Sequence record: NC_048193.1
Strand: one strand, 5' to 3'
Source of the DNA: Escherichia phage PTXU04
DNA length: 61,600 nt
The notes below the pieces were generated by a model, which was not told the origin of the DNA, did not search any database, and was given only the letters and a program-made list of their open reading frames with translations. The stretch's first letter is position 1; each line of letters begins with the position of its first letter. A program made the position numbers and the translations under genes. Positions 30,474-39,363 of the stretch are shown here, one piece after another.

Positions 30474-31004
30474 TTAGATGTTCACGCGGTTGGCGACCCA
30501 TCCATAAATGAATGAGCGATTTTTGGCGTTACTTTCGGTAAGCTCAATATACCGCACACACTGTAGGCTGTTAAGCATTTTCAATAATACTTTCGTACCA
30601 GCGCTACCACGCAACCGCAGGAAATCGTCCAGGGCATTAATCGTACGTTTACCGACCTTACCATCCACTACTAGGCCAGCGCCTGACGCGGCGTTGAGCG
30701 CACGCTGGAGGAATTTACCAGCCACCGCCGGACCCATGTTCACGCCAGTGTCTACCACTTCAGCACCGATTGCTGAGTCGAGTTCCGCCACCACGTAGAA
30801 TCCGGTGTTCACTACATAATCGTTGTAGTAAATCTCATACGCTGTAGATTGCGGCAAATCTTTCATGTGACCTTTGTACCCGGCGTTGCGAGCAACCTTC
30901 TCGGTAATTCCGTATTTGGTGGCACCGCCCGGATCATTCGGATGGTCCACGTATCCACCTTCGACCCGGATAATCTCTTCAATGATTTCGCGTACTGTAC
31001 TCAT
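30474..31004 (-). CDS. endolysin (GH108-like lysozyme with PG_binding_3-like domain)
   Basis: 176 aa; N-terminal VEGGYVDHPNDPGGATKYGIT matches the GH108 catalytic signature; AAAGGAG RBS. Confidence 0.8.
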   Translation of the reverse strand: MSTVREIIEEIIRVEGGYVDHPNDPGGATKYGITEKVARNAGYKGHMKDLPQSTAYEIYYNDYVVNTGFYVVAELDSAIGAEVVDTGVNMGPAVAGKFLQRALNAASGAGLVVDGKVGKRTINALDDFLRLRGSAGTKVLLKMLNSLQCVRYIELTESNAKNRSFIYGWVANRVNI

Positions 31005-31855
31005 AGCTTCGCTCCTTTCTCAGTTACGTATGGCTCGCAAACTTCAGCGAGGATGTCAAGATAACGACTGGCCTTGTCGTACTGCAACAGGATGTCGCCG
31101 CAGTCATCAAGCTCCTTGTCCTTGTCGTAAGGTACCACCATGTCGGTGTACCGGGTACACGCGAAGTAACCTTCGTCACCAGCGTACGAGAAGTTGGCCG
31201 CCTGCACATTCGGGAAGTCCTTCAGCGTGGAAAACACCTTGTCGTTACCTGACAGGTTGTCCATTTTGCGGAAGGTTGCCGTAGCTTTGAAAGCACCGTA
31301 CAGGTCCAGGCTGTCGCCCAGTTCCAGAGGATGCTCATCTTCCCTGTCGATGTTCAGCGTAGCTCGTACCATTTGACAAAACGCCGTAGGCTGGAGATAA
31401 CTTTCGATCGGCAGGCTGTTAAACGCCTGGCGTAAGAGTTGCGTAACCTTTTCAACCACACGGGGAGAAGCGCCCACAAAAAGAGCATCTCGATCTGGAT
31501 CATACGCCACCCAGCCGTAGTCGTTAGAAGGAAGTACATTCTCCCACATTTCTGCTTTAACTTGCTCATAGATAGCGTTGGCCTCATCACGGTTGAAGGT
31601 TTTATCTTTGGTGCGGCGAGCGAACTCAGCACGCAACCACTTGTCCGGTACCTTGCGTTTCTGGTACTGGAATTGCAGGAAGGTGATACCGTTGTGTACC
31701 CAGGTCATCTCATCCTGCATAGGGTTAGCCGCGATGAGGCCAATGCTTTCTTCGTTCCCGGCAGTGCACGGTTTGAAGTACGCATCCTCATTCGGCTTCG
31801 ACAGGTCGAGTTCCTTCTCGACCGTGAACGCGGTGACTTTAAATTTTGCCGTCAT
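31001..31855 (-). CDS. hypothetical protein
   Basis: 284-aa ORF; 4-nt overlap with the endolysin start. Confidence 0.5.
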   Translation of the reverse strand: MTAKFKVTAFTVEKELDLSKPNEDAYFKPCTAGNEESIGLIAANPMQDEMTWVHNGITFLQFQYQKRKVPDKWLRAEFARRTKDKTFNRDEANAIYEQVKAEMWENVLPSNDYGWVAYDPDRDALFVGASPRVVEKVTQLLRQAFNSLPIESYLQPTAFCQMVRATLNIDREDEHPLELGDSLDLYGAFKATATFRKMDNLSGNDKVFSTLKDFPNVQAANFSYAGDEGYFACTRYTDMVVPYDKDKELDDCGDILLQYDKASRYLDILAEVCEPYVTEKGAKL

Positions 31856-32363
31856 GTTCTTCCCACCAGATTAATTTTTCCAGGCAGTCTTTCGCCTTGT
31901 TCAAATCCTTAATGCGGTCAGCCTTGTCGCCTTTCTTGCGCAGGTATTTGACCACGCTGAACTCCAGACTGTTCAGGTTGTTCGCCATTGCATATTCGAA
32001 AGGCTGGATACCTTCCTTATAGTGCTGACCGCCCACCTGGTTGTCCCACGGATTGACAGGCGTGTCTTTCAGCGGTACATGTTCGACCGCAGGATCAGCT
32101 TTGAATACAGCCGGACTAGCTTTCGCATAAGTACCCTTCGGGCAGAACACCACCGAATGTGGTCCACCACACTGCGAACATTCTTTAGCCGTGGTGATCG
32201 TGTGGTAATGTCGGTTAGAAAGGTTGGGTGACGTAACGTGCGGCGCGTTGGGTGTATACGTGTGTTCATACACACCACTGACCGCAGGCTTCCACGGACA
32301 TTCGTCAGCTTTGTGAAATGTACCGCAACCAGCACACCAACTTGTTAAAGTTTGATTAGCCAT
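31839..32363 (-). CDS. DUF3310-like protein with N-terminal Cys-rich zinc-ribbon
   Basis: C-terminal QVGGQHYKEGIQPFEYAMANNLNSLEFSVVKYLRKKGDKADRIKDLNKAKDCLEKLI matches the phage DUF3310 pattern; N-terminal CxxC ... CxxC pairs. Confidence 0.55.
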   Translation of the reverse strand: MANQTLTSWCAGCGTFHKADECPWKPAVSGVYEHTYTPNAPHVTSPNLSNRHYHTITTAKECSQCGGPHSVVFCPKGTYAKASPAVFKADPAVEHVPLKDTPVNPWDNQVGGQHYKEGIQPFEYAMANNLNSLEFSVVKYLRKKGDKADRIKDLNKAKDCLEKLIWWEEHDGKI

Positions 32364-32827
32364 CAGAATTTCTTCCCATGTGCTTCAGCGCGAGCGCCGG
32401 GTTGATGATCGGCACGCTTACGGTTGTAAGCAACCTTCTCAATGATGGCCCCGATCACATCCAGGTTTTCGCTTTCGGCGATGTCGAGGATGCGGATGAT
32501 TGCGTCGGCCAGTTCCACTTCCAGCATGGAGCGGTGAGGCAGGTGGTCATCCATCAGGTTCTTACGGGCACCTTCCATCGCTTCAGAGATCTCACTGTGC
32601 ACCAGGCACAACAGAGTACCCATCTCACGCGGCTTATCCCACCAACCCATCTGACGATTCTGACGGTGGATGCGACGTTGCAGGATAGCGAACGGGATAC
32701 TGCGGTACAGTTCGGTGCTGGTTGATTCGCTACTTTCAACACCCATAATTGCCGGAATAGATTTACCGTTTGCAGGCTCACCATGTTTGCCAACTGTCAT
32801 ATTGCTGATCAGTTTTTCTTCATTCAT
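32363..32827 (-). CDS. mazG: MazG-like nucleotide pyrophosphohydrolase
   Basis: ORF-track frame 32363-32920 trimmed to ATG 32827 (AAGGGGAA RBS); LVHSEISEAMEGARK ... EVELADAIIRILDIAE matches MazG/NTP-PPase motifs. Confidence 0.6.
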   Translation of the reverse strand: MNEEKLISNMTVGKHGEPANGKSIPAIMGVESSESTSTELYRSIPFAILQRRIHRQNRQMGWWDKPREMGTLLCLVHSEISEAMEGARKNLMDDHLPHRSMLEVELADAIIRILDIAESENLDVIGAIIEKVAYNRKRADHQPGARAEAHGKKF

Positions 32828-32954
32828 CTTTTTCATTCCCCTTTTTACGACCAACTTTCCCACTACACACAGGGCATTTCTCGCCCCACCGTTTAGCACT
32901 GTAATGACCGTGCTCGTCACACTTCCGTAAATCGTTAAGCCATAAGATAGCCAT
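32820..32954 (-). CDS. small zinc-ribbon protein (tentative)
   Basis: 44-aa internal-start version of ORF 32820-33065 (MAILWLNDLRKCDEHGHYSAKRWGEKCPVCSGKV...); AGGAAA RBS; overlaps the MazG start by 8 nt. Confidence 0.3.
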   Translation of the reverse strand: MAILWLNDLRKCDEHGHYSAKRWGEKCPVCSGKVGRKKGNEKDE

Positions 32955-32975
32955 TTGTATTTTCCTAACTGGTTT

Positions 32976-33019
32976 ACTTGACGGGGCTAATGTACCCCGC
33001 CAGTAATTCACCGTCAAGT
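32976..33019 (-). terminator. nested inverted-repeat hairpin at the 3' end of the polymerase gene
   Basis: Outer arms ACTTGACGG (32976-32984) and CCGTCAAGT (33011-33019) enclose an inner CGGGG-loop-CCCCG hairpin. Terminator or regulatory element; function not established. Confidence 0.35.
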
Positions 33020-35179
33020 CTTTTTGTCGACAATTAATAATTTGCACGCTTCGAACACGTACCACAGATAGTTAACCTTGCTCCAGTCGAACTTGCTGAA
33101 GTCGCTACAGTCGGCCACGGTCTGACCGGAACACATGTTGGCCTCGGTTACCAGACCCCACTGACTTTTATTCTTCGTGTGGATGCGCTCGTCGTGCGGT
33201 ACCCCGGCAGCGTCCAGCTTGAGGAACGGTGTCGCCGGATCAGCCAGCAGTTCAGCAATAACACTGTCGTAATACTGGTCAGTGATTTTGTTCTTACGCT
33301 TCCACGTTCCGGGCGTACCCTTCGGTGCCGTGCGCTTAACCAGGCTGCCGCCGGACTGCGTGACGTAATACCGGATAGTGTTGGACAACTTCTCTTCGTG
33401 GCCGTCCGGGTAAACCAGATGCAACGACGAGTCACGGTTGACCTTGCCACGGATCATGAAGTCGAACTCGTCACGGTGGTTGATGATGAACGACGTCATG
33501 TCAGCACCGTGGACCATGCGCGCTTCAACCGCCTTCTGCACCACCAGGGCCGAGTGATCTTTATGCCACTCACGTTTGTATTCGTATGCACCTTTACGCT
33601 TGTAGCGGCTGTCTGGCTTCTCAGGATTGTAGTAACCTTCGCTGTACTCAGCGATGTACGAGTTCACGTCACGGATAAAGAAGCGGTCATAGCGGTTCTC
33701 TTCCAGTTCCAGTTTGGTAACCTGCTCCCACCACACGCGCAGATCGTTGGCGTGCTCCAGGTACTGGTCCGGGCAATGGAAGGTGATACCGTCAGTGTTA
33801 CACTGAATCATCTGTAACCCCGGCACCTTCAGTAATTGCTCAACCAGCATACACAGAGAAAGCTGCCCGTTGATTGTGATCTTCATGGTGTACATCGGGT
33901 CATAGAACACGCTGTATTCGTTGTTGCTGTTACCGTACGTACCGTTGAGGGCCAGCTTATACGCGCCACCCATCATTGTCTTTTTACCTACGCGGTTACG
34001 TTCGTTGAACAAGAACTCCGATACGTCACAGTAAACTTCCGACAGGTGCGCCGGGAAGATGCGGTTCTTGATTGACAGGTTCGGATAGTAACTTGCCACG
34101 TCCAGGTCGACGATGGTAAAGCCGTTACCGGTACGCACAATCTGGCGGTGTAGTGATGCGTGCAATCCCCCGGTACCGAAGTCATAGTTGAAACCGTCGA
34201 TGCGACAGTGCAAACTGACCGCTACAAACTTTGCCCCGGTCAGGTCGACATCAGCCGGGAGGTGCGCCAGGCGGCGCGGCTTCTTAACACCCTTCAGCCA
34301 GACCTTCACACGCTTCGGGTCCATCCACTTAACCATCTCAGGTGTACACCGGATGTCGGAGAACACACCCTTAGTTTCCTTGATTGTCTGCGCCATCAGA
34401 TAGTTTTGCACCATCTGGAATGCCGGATGTTCCAGACGGATGTAAGGTAGGATGCACTCGGCCAGTACGATTTGTGAGCGCGGAGTCTGGCGCGGTACAC
34501 GCTTGCCACCGAGTTTGCCGTAGCACTGTACCCCGGCTTTCTCCAGGGCGTGAATCAATACCTCACTGCCGATCTTCGTATCGTTCAGGTTCATGAAGTC
34601 CGACCCGTATTTCTCGGATAGTTCTTCACGGAACGCAATCATGTCATAGGACTTGATATAGAAGTCAGTGGTGGCATCAACGTCATGATCGTTGTACACC
34701 CACAGAATATCTTTTTGTTCGTTGGTGAGATGGGTACCGACCGGGAACGGCAGGTCTTCCACCTGCTTCATGCGCATGGCAATCTCAAGCGACTTCAGGC
34801 TGGTTGCCTTCGCCTTGTTGTCATAGTGGTGAATCTTCAGCAGGTCAATCTGCTTGACGAGGCGAGCGTCGGCCCACATCGGATAGGTGTTATCACCTTT
34901 GATGCGGGACATGGCCTTATTGTAGATACCCGCGACTGAACACCAGGGATTCTCATAGATCCACTGGACCACTTCCCAGTCGAACCACAGGTTGTTGAAT
35001 CCCACCATACGCTGATCGTTATTCCGCAGGTAGTTCAGGAAGTAGAACATCTTCTCCCGGTCATCGCGGCGGTCAGAGATTTCGTAGCGATAACGGTTAC
35101 CTGTCGCAACGTGACGAGCACTGAAGGTAAACGTATTCGGGTACGTCTCTATGTCGTAGGTGTAATCGCGAGCATCCAT
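33014..35179 (-). CDS. DNA polymerase, family B-like, with 3'-5' exonuclease domain
   Basis: 721 aa; YDIETY (Exo I), FNNLWFDWEVV (Exo II), DVASYYPNL (motif A, DxxSLYPS-like), KLALNGTYGNS (motif B), QCNTDGITF (motif C, DTD). Confidence 0.7.
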   Translation of the reverse strand: MDARDYTYDIETYPNTFTFSARHVATGNRYRYEISDRRDDREKMFYFLNYLRNNDQRMVGFNNLWFDWEVVQWIYENPWCSVAGIYNKAMSRIKGDNTYPMWADARLVKQIDLLKIHHYDNKAKATSLKSLEIAMRMKQVEDLPFPVGTHLTNEQKDILWVYNDHDVDATTDFYIKSYDMIAFREELSEKYGSDFMNLNDTKIGSEVLIHALEKAGVQCYGKLGGKRVPRQTPRSQIVLAECILPYIRLEHPAFQMVQNYLMAQTIKETKGVFSDIRCTPEMVKWMDPKRVKVWLKGVKKPRRLAHLPADVDLTGAKFVAVSLHCRIDGFNYDFGTGGLHASLHRQIVRTGNGFTIVDLDVASYYPNLSIKNRIFPAHLSEVYCDVSEFLFNERNRVGKKTMMGGAYKLALNGTYGNSNNEYSVFYDPMYTMKITINGQLSLCMLVEQLLKVPGLQMIQCNTDGITFHCPDQYLEHANDLRVWWEQVTKLELEENRYDRFFIRDVNSYIAEYSEGYYNPEKPDSRYKRKGAYEYKREWHKDHSALVVQKAVEARMVHGADMTSFIINHRDEFDFMIRGKVNRDSSLHLVYPDGHEEKLSNTIRYYVTQSGGSLVKRTAPKGTPGTWKRKNKITDQYYDSVIAELLADPATPFLKLDAAGVPHDERIHTKNKSQWGLVTEANMCSGQTVADCSDFSKFDWSKVNYLWYVFEACKLLIVDKKT

Positions 35180-35188
35180 TTTAAGTCC

Positions 35189-35854
35189 TTACAGTTTCGG
35201 CAATGGTGGTAAACCTGGTGCACCCGGCAGCTTCGGTGGTAATGACGGCGCGCCCGGTAGCGGTGGCAACGATGGTGTCGCCAGTGACGGTGCGGCAGTC
35301 TTCAGGATCTTCACGTTCGGACTGTCAACGTCATGCCCCAGCAGCTTCTTAGCTTTGTAGAAGAGTTCTTCCAGCATCATCAGACCTTTGTCCGGGCTAT
35401 CGGTCATCGTCGGGATACTGCGTTCTTGCTCAGCCACAAAACGGTTGGCCGCGTTGAGTGTCGAACCATCAAAGTTGTGACCCTTCAGCATCAGTTGCTT
35501 CTTATCGTTCGTCACCGCGTACAGATAAGCGTAGTGGCTGACGTGTGACTCGTAGTGATTCTGCCAGATAGTAGCGTTGCACTGGTGCTGAGTCTGGCGA
35601 CCGACGATGCGGGAGGCCATCATATTGGCACCAATCAATTCGGCCCCGGAGTTTACCAGCGTCTGCACGTTGGAGTAAATGAACTTTTTGAAAACGTCAT
35701 CACCGTAGTGGTCTGTAACTTTCTCCCAGTCCTGCAACACGTAATCGTAGCGGTGTTTCTCTTCACCGAAGATTGAGATGGACGCGGCGATAATGGGGGA
35801 ACCTAATGCAGAGTTGGCGGGGATGAGGTGTATTGCAGCGATTCGTTGTGCCAT
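35189..35854 (-). CDS. hypothetical protein with Pro-rich C-terminal tail
   Basis: ORF-track frame 35189-35869; alternative ATG at 35854; C-terminal PSLATPSLPPLPGAPSLPPKLPGAPGLPPLPKL. Confidence 0.45.
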   Translation of the reverse strand: MAQRIAAIHLIPANSALGSPIIAASISIFGEEKHRYDYVLQDWEKVTDHYGDDVFKKFIYSNVQTLVNSGAELIGANMMASRIVGRQTQHQCNATIWQNHYESHVSHYAYLYAVTNDKKQLMLKGHNFDGSTLNAANRFVAEQERSIPTMTDSPDKGLMMLEELFYKAKKLLGHDVDSPNVKILKTAAPSLATPSLPPLPGAPSLPPKLPGAPGLPPLPKL

Positions 35855-35896
35855 GATTTCGGATTCCATAAAACGCCATCCGTGGCGTGGGGATTG

Positions 35897-36208
35897 TTAC
35901 AGGCTGTTAAGCAGGTACGTCAGCTTGTCGCCCATTTCGTTCAACTTGACCGACAGATCGCGCGCTTGACGGTTCAGACTGACGAGACTTGTACCATCAG
36001 CTACAGGTTCTCCGACTGTCCCAGCCGTTGTCGGATTGTTGCCGAAGATACGACCGTACACAGCATCAAGCAGAGATTCGATACGGTCCTGACTCATAGA
36101 GATGTTATTCAGATGATCCTGAAGTTCATCGGTCAAGGTCTGCTTGACTTTAGCTTGATCGTTGTATTGTGATTCTAAAGCAGCTTTCAATTCTTTCTCG
36201 TTGTACAT
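35897..36208 (-). CDS. hypothetical coiled-coil protein
   Basis: ORF-track frame 35897-36448 trimmed to ATG 36208 (AGAGGAAAA RBS); the longer N-terminal extension runs through the upstream gene's repeat region in another frame. Confidence 0.4.
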   Translation of the reverse strand: MYNEKELKAALESQYNDQAKVKQTLTDELQDHLNNISMSQDRIESLLDAVYGRIFGNNPTTAGTVGEPVADGTSLVSLNRQARDLSVKLNEMGDKLTYLLNSL

Positions 36209-36229
36209 GGTGTTTTCCTCTTCAGTGTT

Positions 36230-36245
36230 GGCCCCTTGCGGGGCC
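36230..36245 (-). terminator. GC hairpin between genes (GGCCCC-GCAA-GGGGCC on the - strand transcript)
   Basis: Perfect 6-bp stem with GNRA-type loop between the stop of 36255-37331 and the RBS of 35897-36208. Confidence 0.4.
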
Positions 36246-36254
36246 GTGGGTTGG

Positions 36255-37331
36255 TTATGCGTTGTAAGGGTGTCCGCCAGGTGCAGCAGGTGCAGCCGGA
36301 GGTGCCATTGGTGCAGCAGGTGCAGCCGGAGGTGCCATCGGTGCAGCAGGTGCAGCGGCTGCCGCAGGTTGCATCTTACCGTTAGCGACCAGTGCTTCTT
36401 CGGTCCAGCCGCTGGCGATGTACTGATCGTAAGTGTAATCAGTCGCAATCATGCGGCTCTGCGGCGTCGGTGCTACAGGCGCAACAGGAGGTACAGCAGG
36501 AGCGGCGGCAGGTGCAGGAGCAGCAGGAGGTAGACCAGCGCCCGGAACAGCCGGAGCAGCGGGAGTTGCCGGAGGCATACCAGCGCCGGGTAAACCAGGC
36601 ATACCAGCCGGAGGCATACCAGCGCCAGGTAAACCAGGCATACCAGGTTGTGCACCCATCGCCGGAGTAGCGCCGCCAACAGGCATTGTGCTCATACCAG
36701 TCAGTGCTGCGGCAGGTGCCTGATTCAGAATGCTGGTGTAGTCAGGACCGCTCACGATCGGCGTACCGTAACCCACACGCTGAATCATGTGGAAGTTAAT
36801 GTAGATGCCGGACTGCGGTGGCGCTGAGTCGTTGCACTTGATAGAGCACAGTACGCGAACATAGTGGCCGCACGGGAAAGTGTGAGCGCCTTTAAGCTGT
36901 TGCACTTTCTTACCGTCAGGACCGATGGTGTCGTTGTACGGAGACGGTACCGCAGACTGATCAACGTCGAACACCTGTGGCTGGAAGCCGTTCTTGAATT
37001 TGATAACCCAGCAACCTTTCCAGCCAGGTTTAGCTACGTTCTGCGGAGCGTCGCCATCTTCCATCTTCCAGTGGAAACCTACCCACTGAGTCGCCTGATA
37101 TGACGCAGCGTATTTGTGAGTAGCCGCTACCTGTTGCATCAGTGCGTACAGTTCATCGAAGCGAGTGGCCGCTGGCTGGTCTTTCGGGAAGGCCACCGCG
37201 CAGAAATATTCCTCACGACCGTTCTTCAGTTCAACACCCTGGAAACCAGTGGTGTTAGCGCGGAACGGGTCGCCTGATACCAGGATGCCAGTACCAGTCA
37301 GGAATTGATCAGCAGAGTTTTGAATAGCCAT
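36255..37331 (-). CDS. hypothetical protein with Pro/Ala/Met-rich repeat C-terminus (possible ssDNA-binding protein by position)
   Basis: 358 aa; globular N-terminal domain then PGMPGLPGAGMPPAGMPGLPGAGMPP and AAPAAPMAPPAAPAAPMAPPAAPAAP repeats encoded by 30-36 bp tandem DNA repeats; sits directly after the PD-(D/E)XK nuclease. Function is positional inference. Confidence 0.45.
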   Translation of the reverse strand: MAIQNSADQFLTGTGILVSGDPFRANTTGFQGVELKNGREEYFCAVAFPKDQPAATRFDELYALMQQVAATHKYAASYQATQWVGFHWKMEDGDAPQNVAKPGWKGCWVIKFKNGFQPQVFDVDQSAVPSPYNDTIGPDGKKVQQLKGAHTFPCGHYVRVLCSIKCNDSAPPQSGIYINFHMIQRVGYGTPIVSGPDYTSILNQAPAAALTGMSTMPVGGATPAMGAQPGMPGLPGAGMPPAGMPGLPGAGMPPATPAAPAVPGAGLPPAAPAPAAAPAVPPVAPVAPTPQSRMIATDYTYDQYIASGWTEEALVANGKMQPAAAAAPAAPMAPPAAPAAPMAPPAAPAAPGGHPYNA

Positions 37332-37334
37332 TAA

Positions 37335-38510
37335 TTACTTCTCCAGTTTTGTAATAGGTTGATTCAACGCAATCATCATTGGGCTTTGTTCCGGGGTACC
37401 AGCTTCTTCGATACCACGTAGCGCCAACGTTTCAGTTTTCGGTTCGCTCAGCATCTTAGCCACGGCGTCACCGTACGTCTTCCTTATTTCTGACAGCGCC
37501 CCAATCTTACGCGGTGCTATCTTGTCCATGTCTGGTTCCATCCCGGTCACCAGCTTAATTGCTTTGGCCGCTTCCTCGACCGTCAAACTTTTCTTAGGCG
37601 CTTCCCTGGATTTTACTTTGACCATTTTCAGGTCTTTCATCACCGTGCCCTGACGCGCTAACTGTAATCCCCACTGGTACGCCCCGTCAATAAAATTCTT
37701 CACCAATTTTGATTGTTTGATGATTTTCTGAACTTCTTCCGAGGATAACAGGTTCGGATTAAACTTCACTGGCTCAGCCATGCTCATGACATACTCAGCA
37801 TTGGCGCGGCACCGACCGATAGCTTCACACCAGATACAGTGTGGACCAGCGGTCGCTAACTGGATTTCGTTGCTGTGATTAGCGGCCTGATATTCTGCCG
37901 CCACACCTGCAAATAACTCCAGTTCAGCACGCGTATACGTGGCTGTACGTATTGCTCCGGTTGCGCCGAGGCAACGTGGCTGGATGATTTCAAAGCGCAC
38001 TTCCTCCACGTTCGGGTAACGAAGAACAATGTCGAGCGCATAGCACATTAACTGACGGTTATCGTTGGCCGATACAAACGTGCGACCGAACTTCAGGTCT
38101 GCCACGATAGCCCAGTTGTTGGCAATAGCAATCGCGTGTAAATCTCGCGTGCCGAAGAAGCCCGGATGGATGTGCGTCAGGTCGACGCGATACTCGCTCT
38201 TAATATCAACAGCGACACCCAAAGCGTTACACATGTCCACTAACTGCTTGACGCGGCCAGTGTACACGTTGCAAAACTCTGCCATCTCTTCCGTGCACTC
38301 TATCCCTGTGCGGTCATAGACTTGTCCAACGAATTGACGAACATCGTAATGACCGCACTTGATTGCTTCTTCTGAAAAGTGGTGAGCCGTAGTACCTTCC
38401 TGGGCCTGGTACCCGGATTCTTCTTCCGGGCAGTTGCGGCGCATCTGGAGATAGGCTTTACAGTTCGACCACAATTCGGCACTCGATGGTCCGGTTATAA
38501 AGTGTTCCAT
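37335..38510 (-). CDS. PD-(D/E)XK nuclease with C-terminal Cys cluster (Cas4/RecB-like, DUF2800-like)
   Basis: 391 aa; GTRDLH and ADLKFG (D ... D-x-K) motifs; N-terminal Cys plus C-terminal CIWCEAIGRC cluster typical of Cas4/RecB-family phage exonucleases. Confidence 0.6.
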   Translation of the reverse strand: MEHFITGPSSAELWSNCKAYLQMRRNCPEEESGYQAQEGTTAHHFSEEAIKCGHYDVRQFVGQVYDRTGIECTEEMAEFCNVYTGRVKQLVDMCNALGVAVDIKSEYRVDLTHIHPGFFGTRDLHAIAIANNWAIVADLKFGRTFVSANDNRQLMCYALDIVLRYPNVEEVRFEIIQPRCLGATGAIRTATYTRAELELFAGVAAEYQAANHSNEIQLATAGPHCIWCEAIGRCRANAEYVMSMAEPVKFNPNLLSSEEVQKIIKQSKLVKNFIDGAYQWGLQLARQGTVMKDLKMVKVKSREAPKKSLTVEEAAKAIKLVTGMEPDMDKIAPRKIGALSEIRKTYGDAVAKMLSEPKTETLALRGIEEAGTPEQSPMMIALNQPITKLEK

Positions 38511-38522
38511 CGAGTGGTCCCC

Positions 38523-39257
38523 TTAGATAACTGACTGGCTGCGCAGGAAGTCATCGTTGGTGGCGTACTGCCAGAAGGTAAACTTGTAGCCAGACTGGAT
38601 GTCTTTCGCAGTCTTACCACCAGTGATACCGAACAGGCCGTACAGTTTTTCCAGTGCATCAGCACCATGCTTGTGGGCCAGCGCCGCAGCGGTCTGTTCC
38701 ATCGCTTCGTCGGTAGCACCGGACTCATCAGCGATTGCCGGGAAGTCGATCGCAACAGGTACCTGCGGTGCCAGCGGCGGCAGACCTACGCCAGCCAGCG
38801 GCGGTAAACCAGGCTGCGGTGCGACAGGTGCCTGCGGTGCAACGGCAGGTGCTTCAACTTCTTCAGCAGTGGCAACTTCACCACGCAGTTCCGCTTCAAC
38901 CTGCGGTACCAGCACTTCACGATCAACACCGCGCAGATATTTCCAGGTGCCGTCAGCATTGAAGGTCTTAGCCGCAGAGTGGATACGGGAGTCCCACGGT
39001 AGACCGTTCTTATCCAGCGTGGTAGCATCCGTTTCCTGACCGATTGACTGCGCTACTTCTTCAGCAACTTCGTCAGCAGCATCAGCGAAGGACTGTTGGT
39101 TACCAGCGGTACCGACCGGAGTCAGACCTTTCGCTACAGCGCCACCGAATACTGACTTCAGATCAGCTTCCAACAATTCGTAAACGCTGCCAGGCATGTT
39201 GTTAGCGCGAATCAGTTCAACGATCAGGTTGTATTTTTGTTCGATAGTAAAAGCCAT
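38523..39257 (-). CDS. hypothetical protein with Pro/Ala-rich linker
   Basis: 244 aa; GGAG RBS; internal PAVAPQAPVAPQPGLPPLAGVGLPPLAPQVPVA linker. Confidence 0.5.
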   Translation of the reverse strand: MAFTIEQKYNLIVELIRANNMPGSVYELLEADLKSVFGGAVAKGLTPVGTAGNQQSFADAADEVAEEVAQSIGQETDATTLDKNGLPWDSRIHSAAKTFNADGTWKYLRGVDREVLVPQVEAELRGEVATAEEVEAPAVAPQAPVAPQPGLPPLAGVGLPPLAPQVPVAIDFPAIADESGATDEAMEQTAAALAHKHGADALEKLYGLFGITGGKTAKDIQSGYKFTFWQYATNDDFLRSQSVI

Positions 39258-39310
39258 GTTGTATTACTCCAGGTTGATTAAAGTTTTGTTGTGTCGTGTT
39301 GACGGAATGA

Positions 39311-39340
39311 ATCATACACTCAACCAAAAACCGATTGCAA
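39311..39340 (-). promoter_or_regulatory. putative sigma70-like promoter for 38523-39257
   Basis: On the - strand: -35 TTGCAA (39340-39335), 18-nt spacer, -10 TATGAT (39316-39311). Confidence 0.35.
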
Positions 39341-39363
39341 TACTTTTTTAAAAATTTTATTAT
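39335..39363 (+). promoter_or_regulatory. putative sigma70-like promoter for the + strand helicase/primase island
   Basis: -35 TTGCAA (39335-39340), 17-nt AT-rich spacer, -10 TATTAT (39358-39363). The palindromic -35 hexamer is shared with the divergent - strand promoter. Confidence 0.4.

Noticed and set aside
32985-33018. TTGACG-17-TACATT promoter-like element at the polymerase 3' end
   Set aside because: The -10 candidate lies inside a stable hairpin and the site is better explained as a nested terminator hairpin; kept only as a structural element.
33179-33817. 212-aa ORF antisense to the DNA polymerase gene
   Set aside because: Lies inside the polymerase coding region, where family B motifs support the - strand frame.
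36162-36723. + strand ORFs across the Pro/Ala repeat region and the long N-terminal extension of 35897-36448
   Set aside because: Repeat-driven open frames; products are poly-R/C/G or HLLH repeats; the - strand gene 36255-37331 and the trimmed start at 36208 explain the region better.
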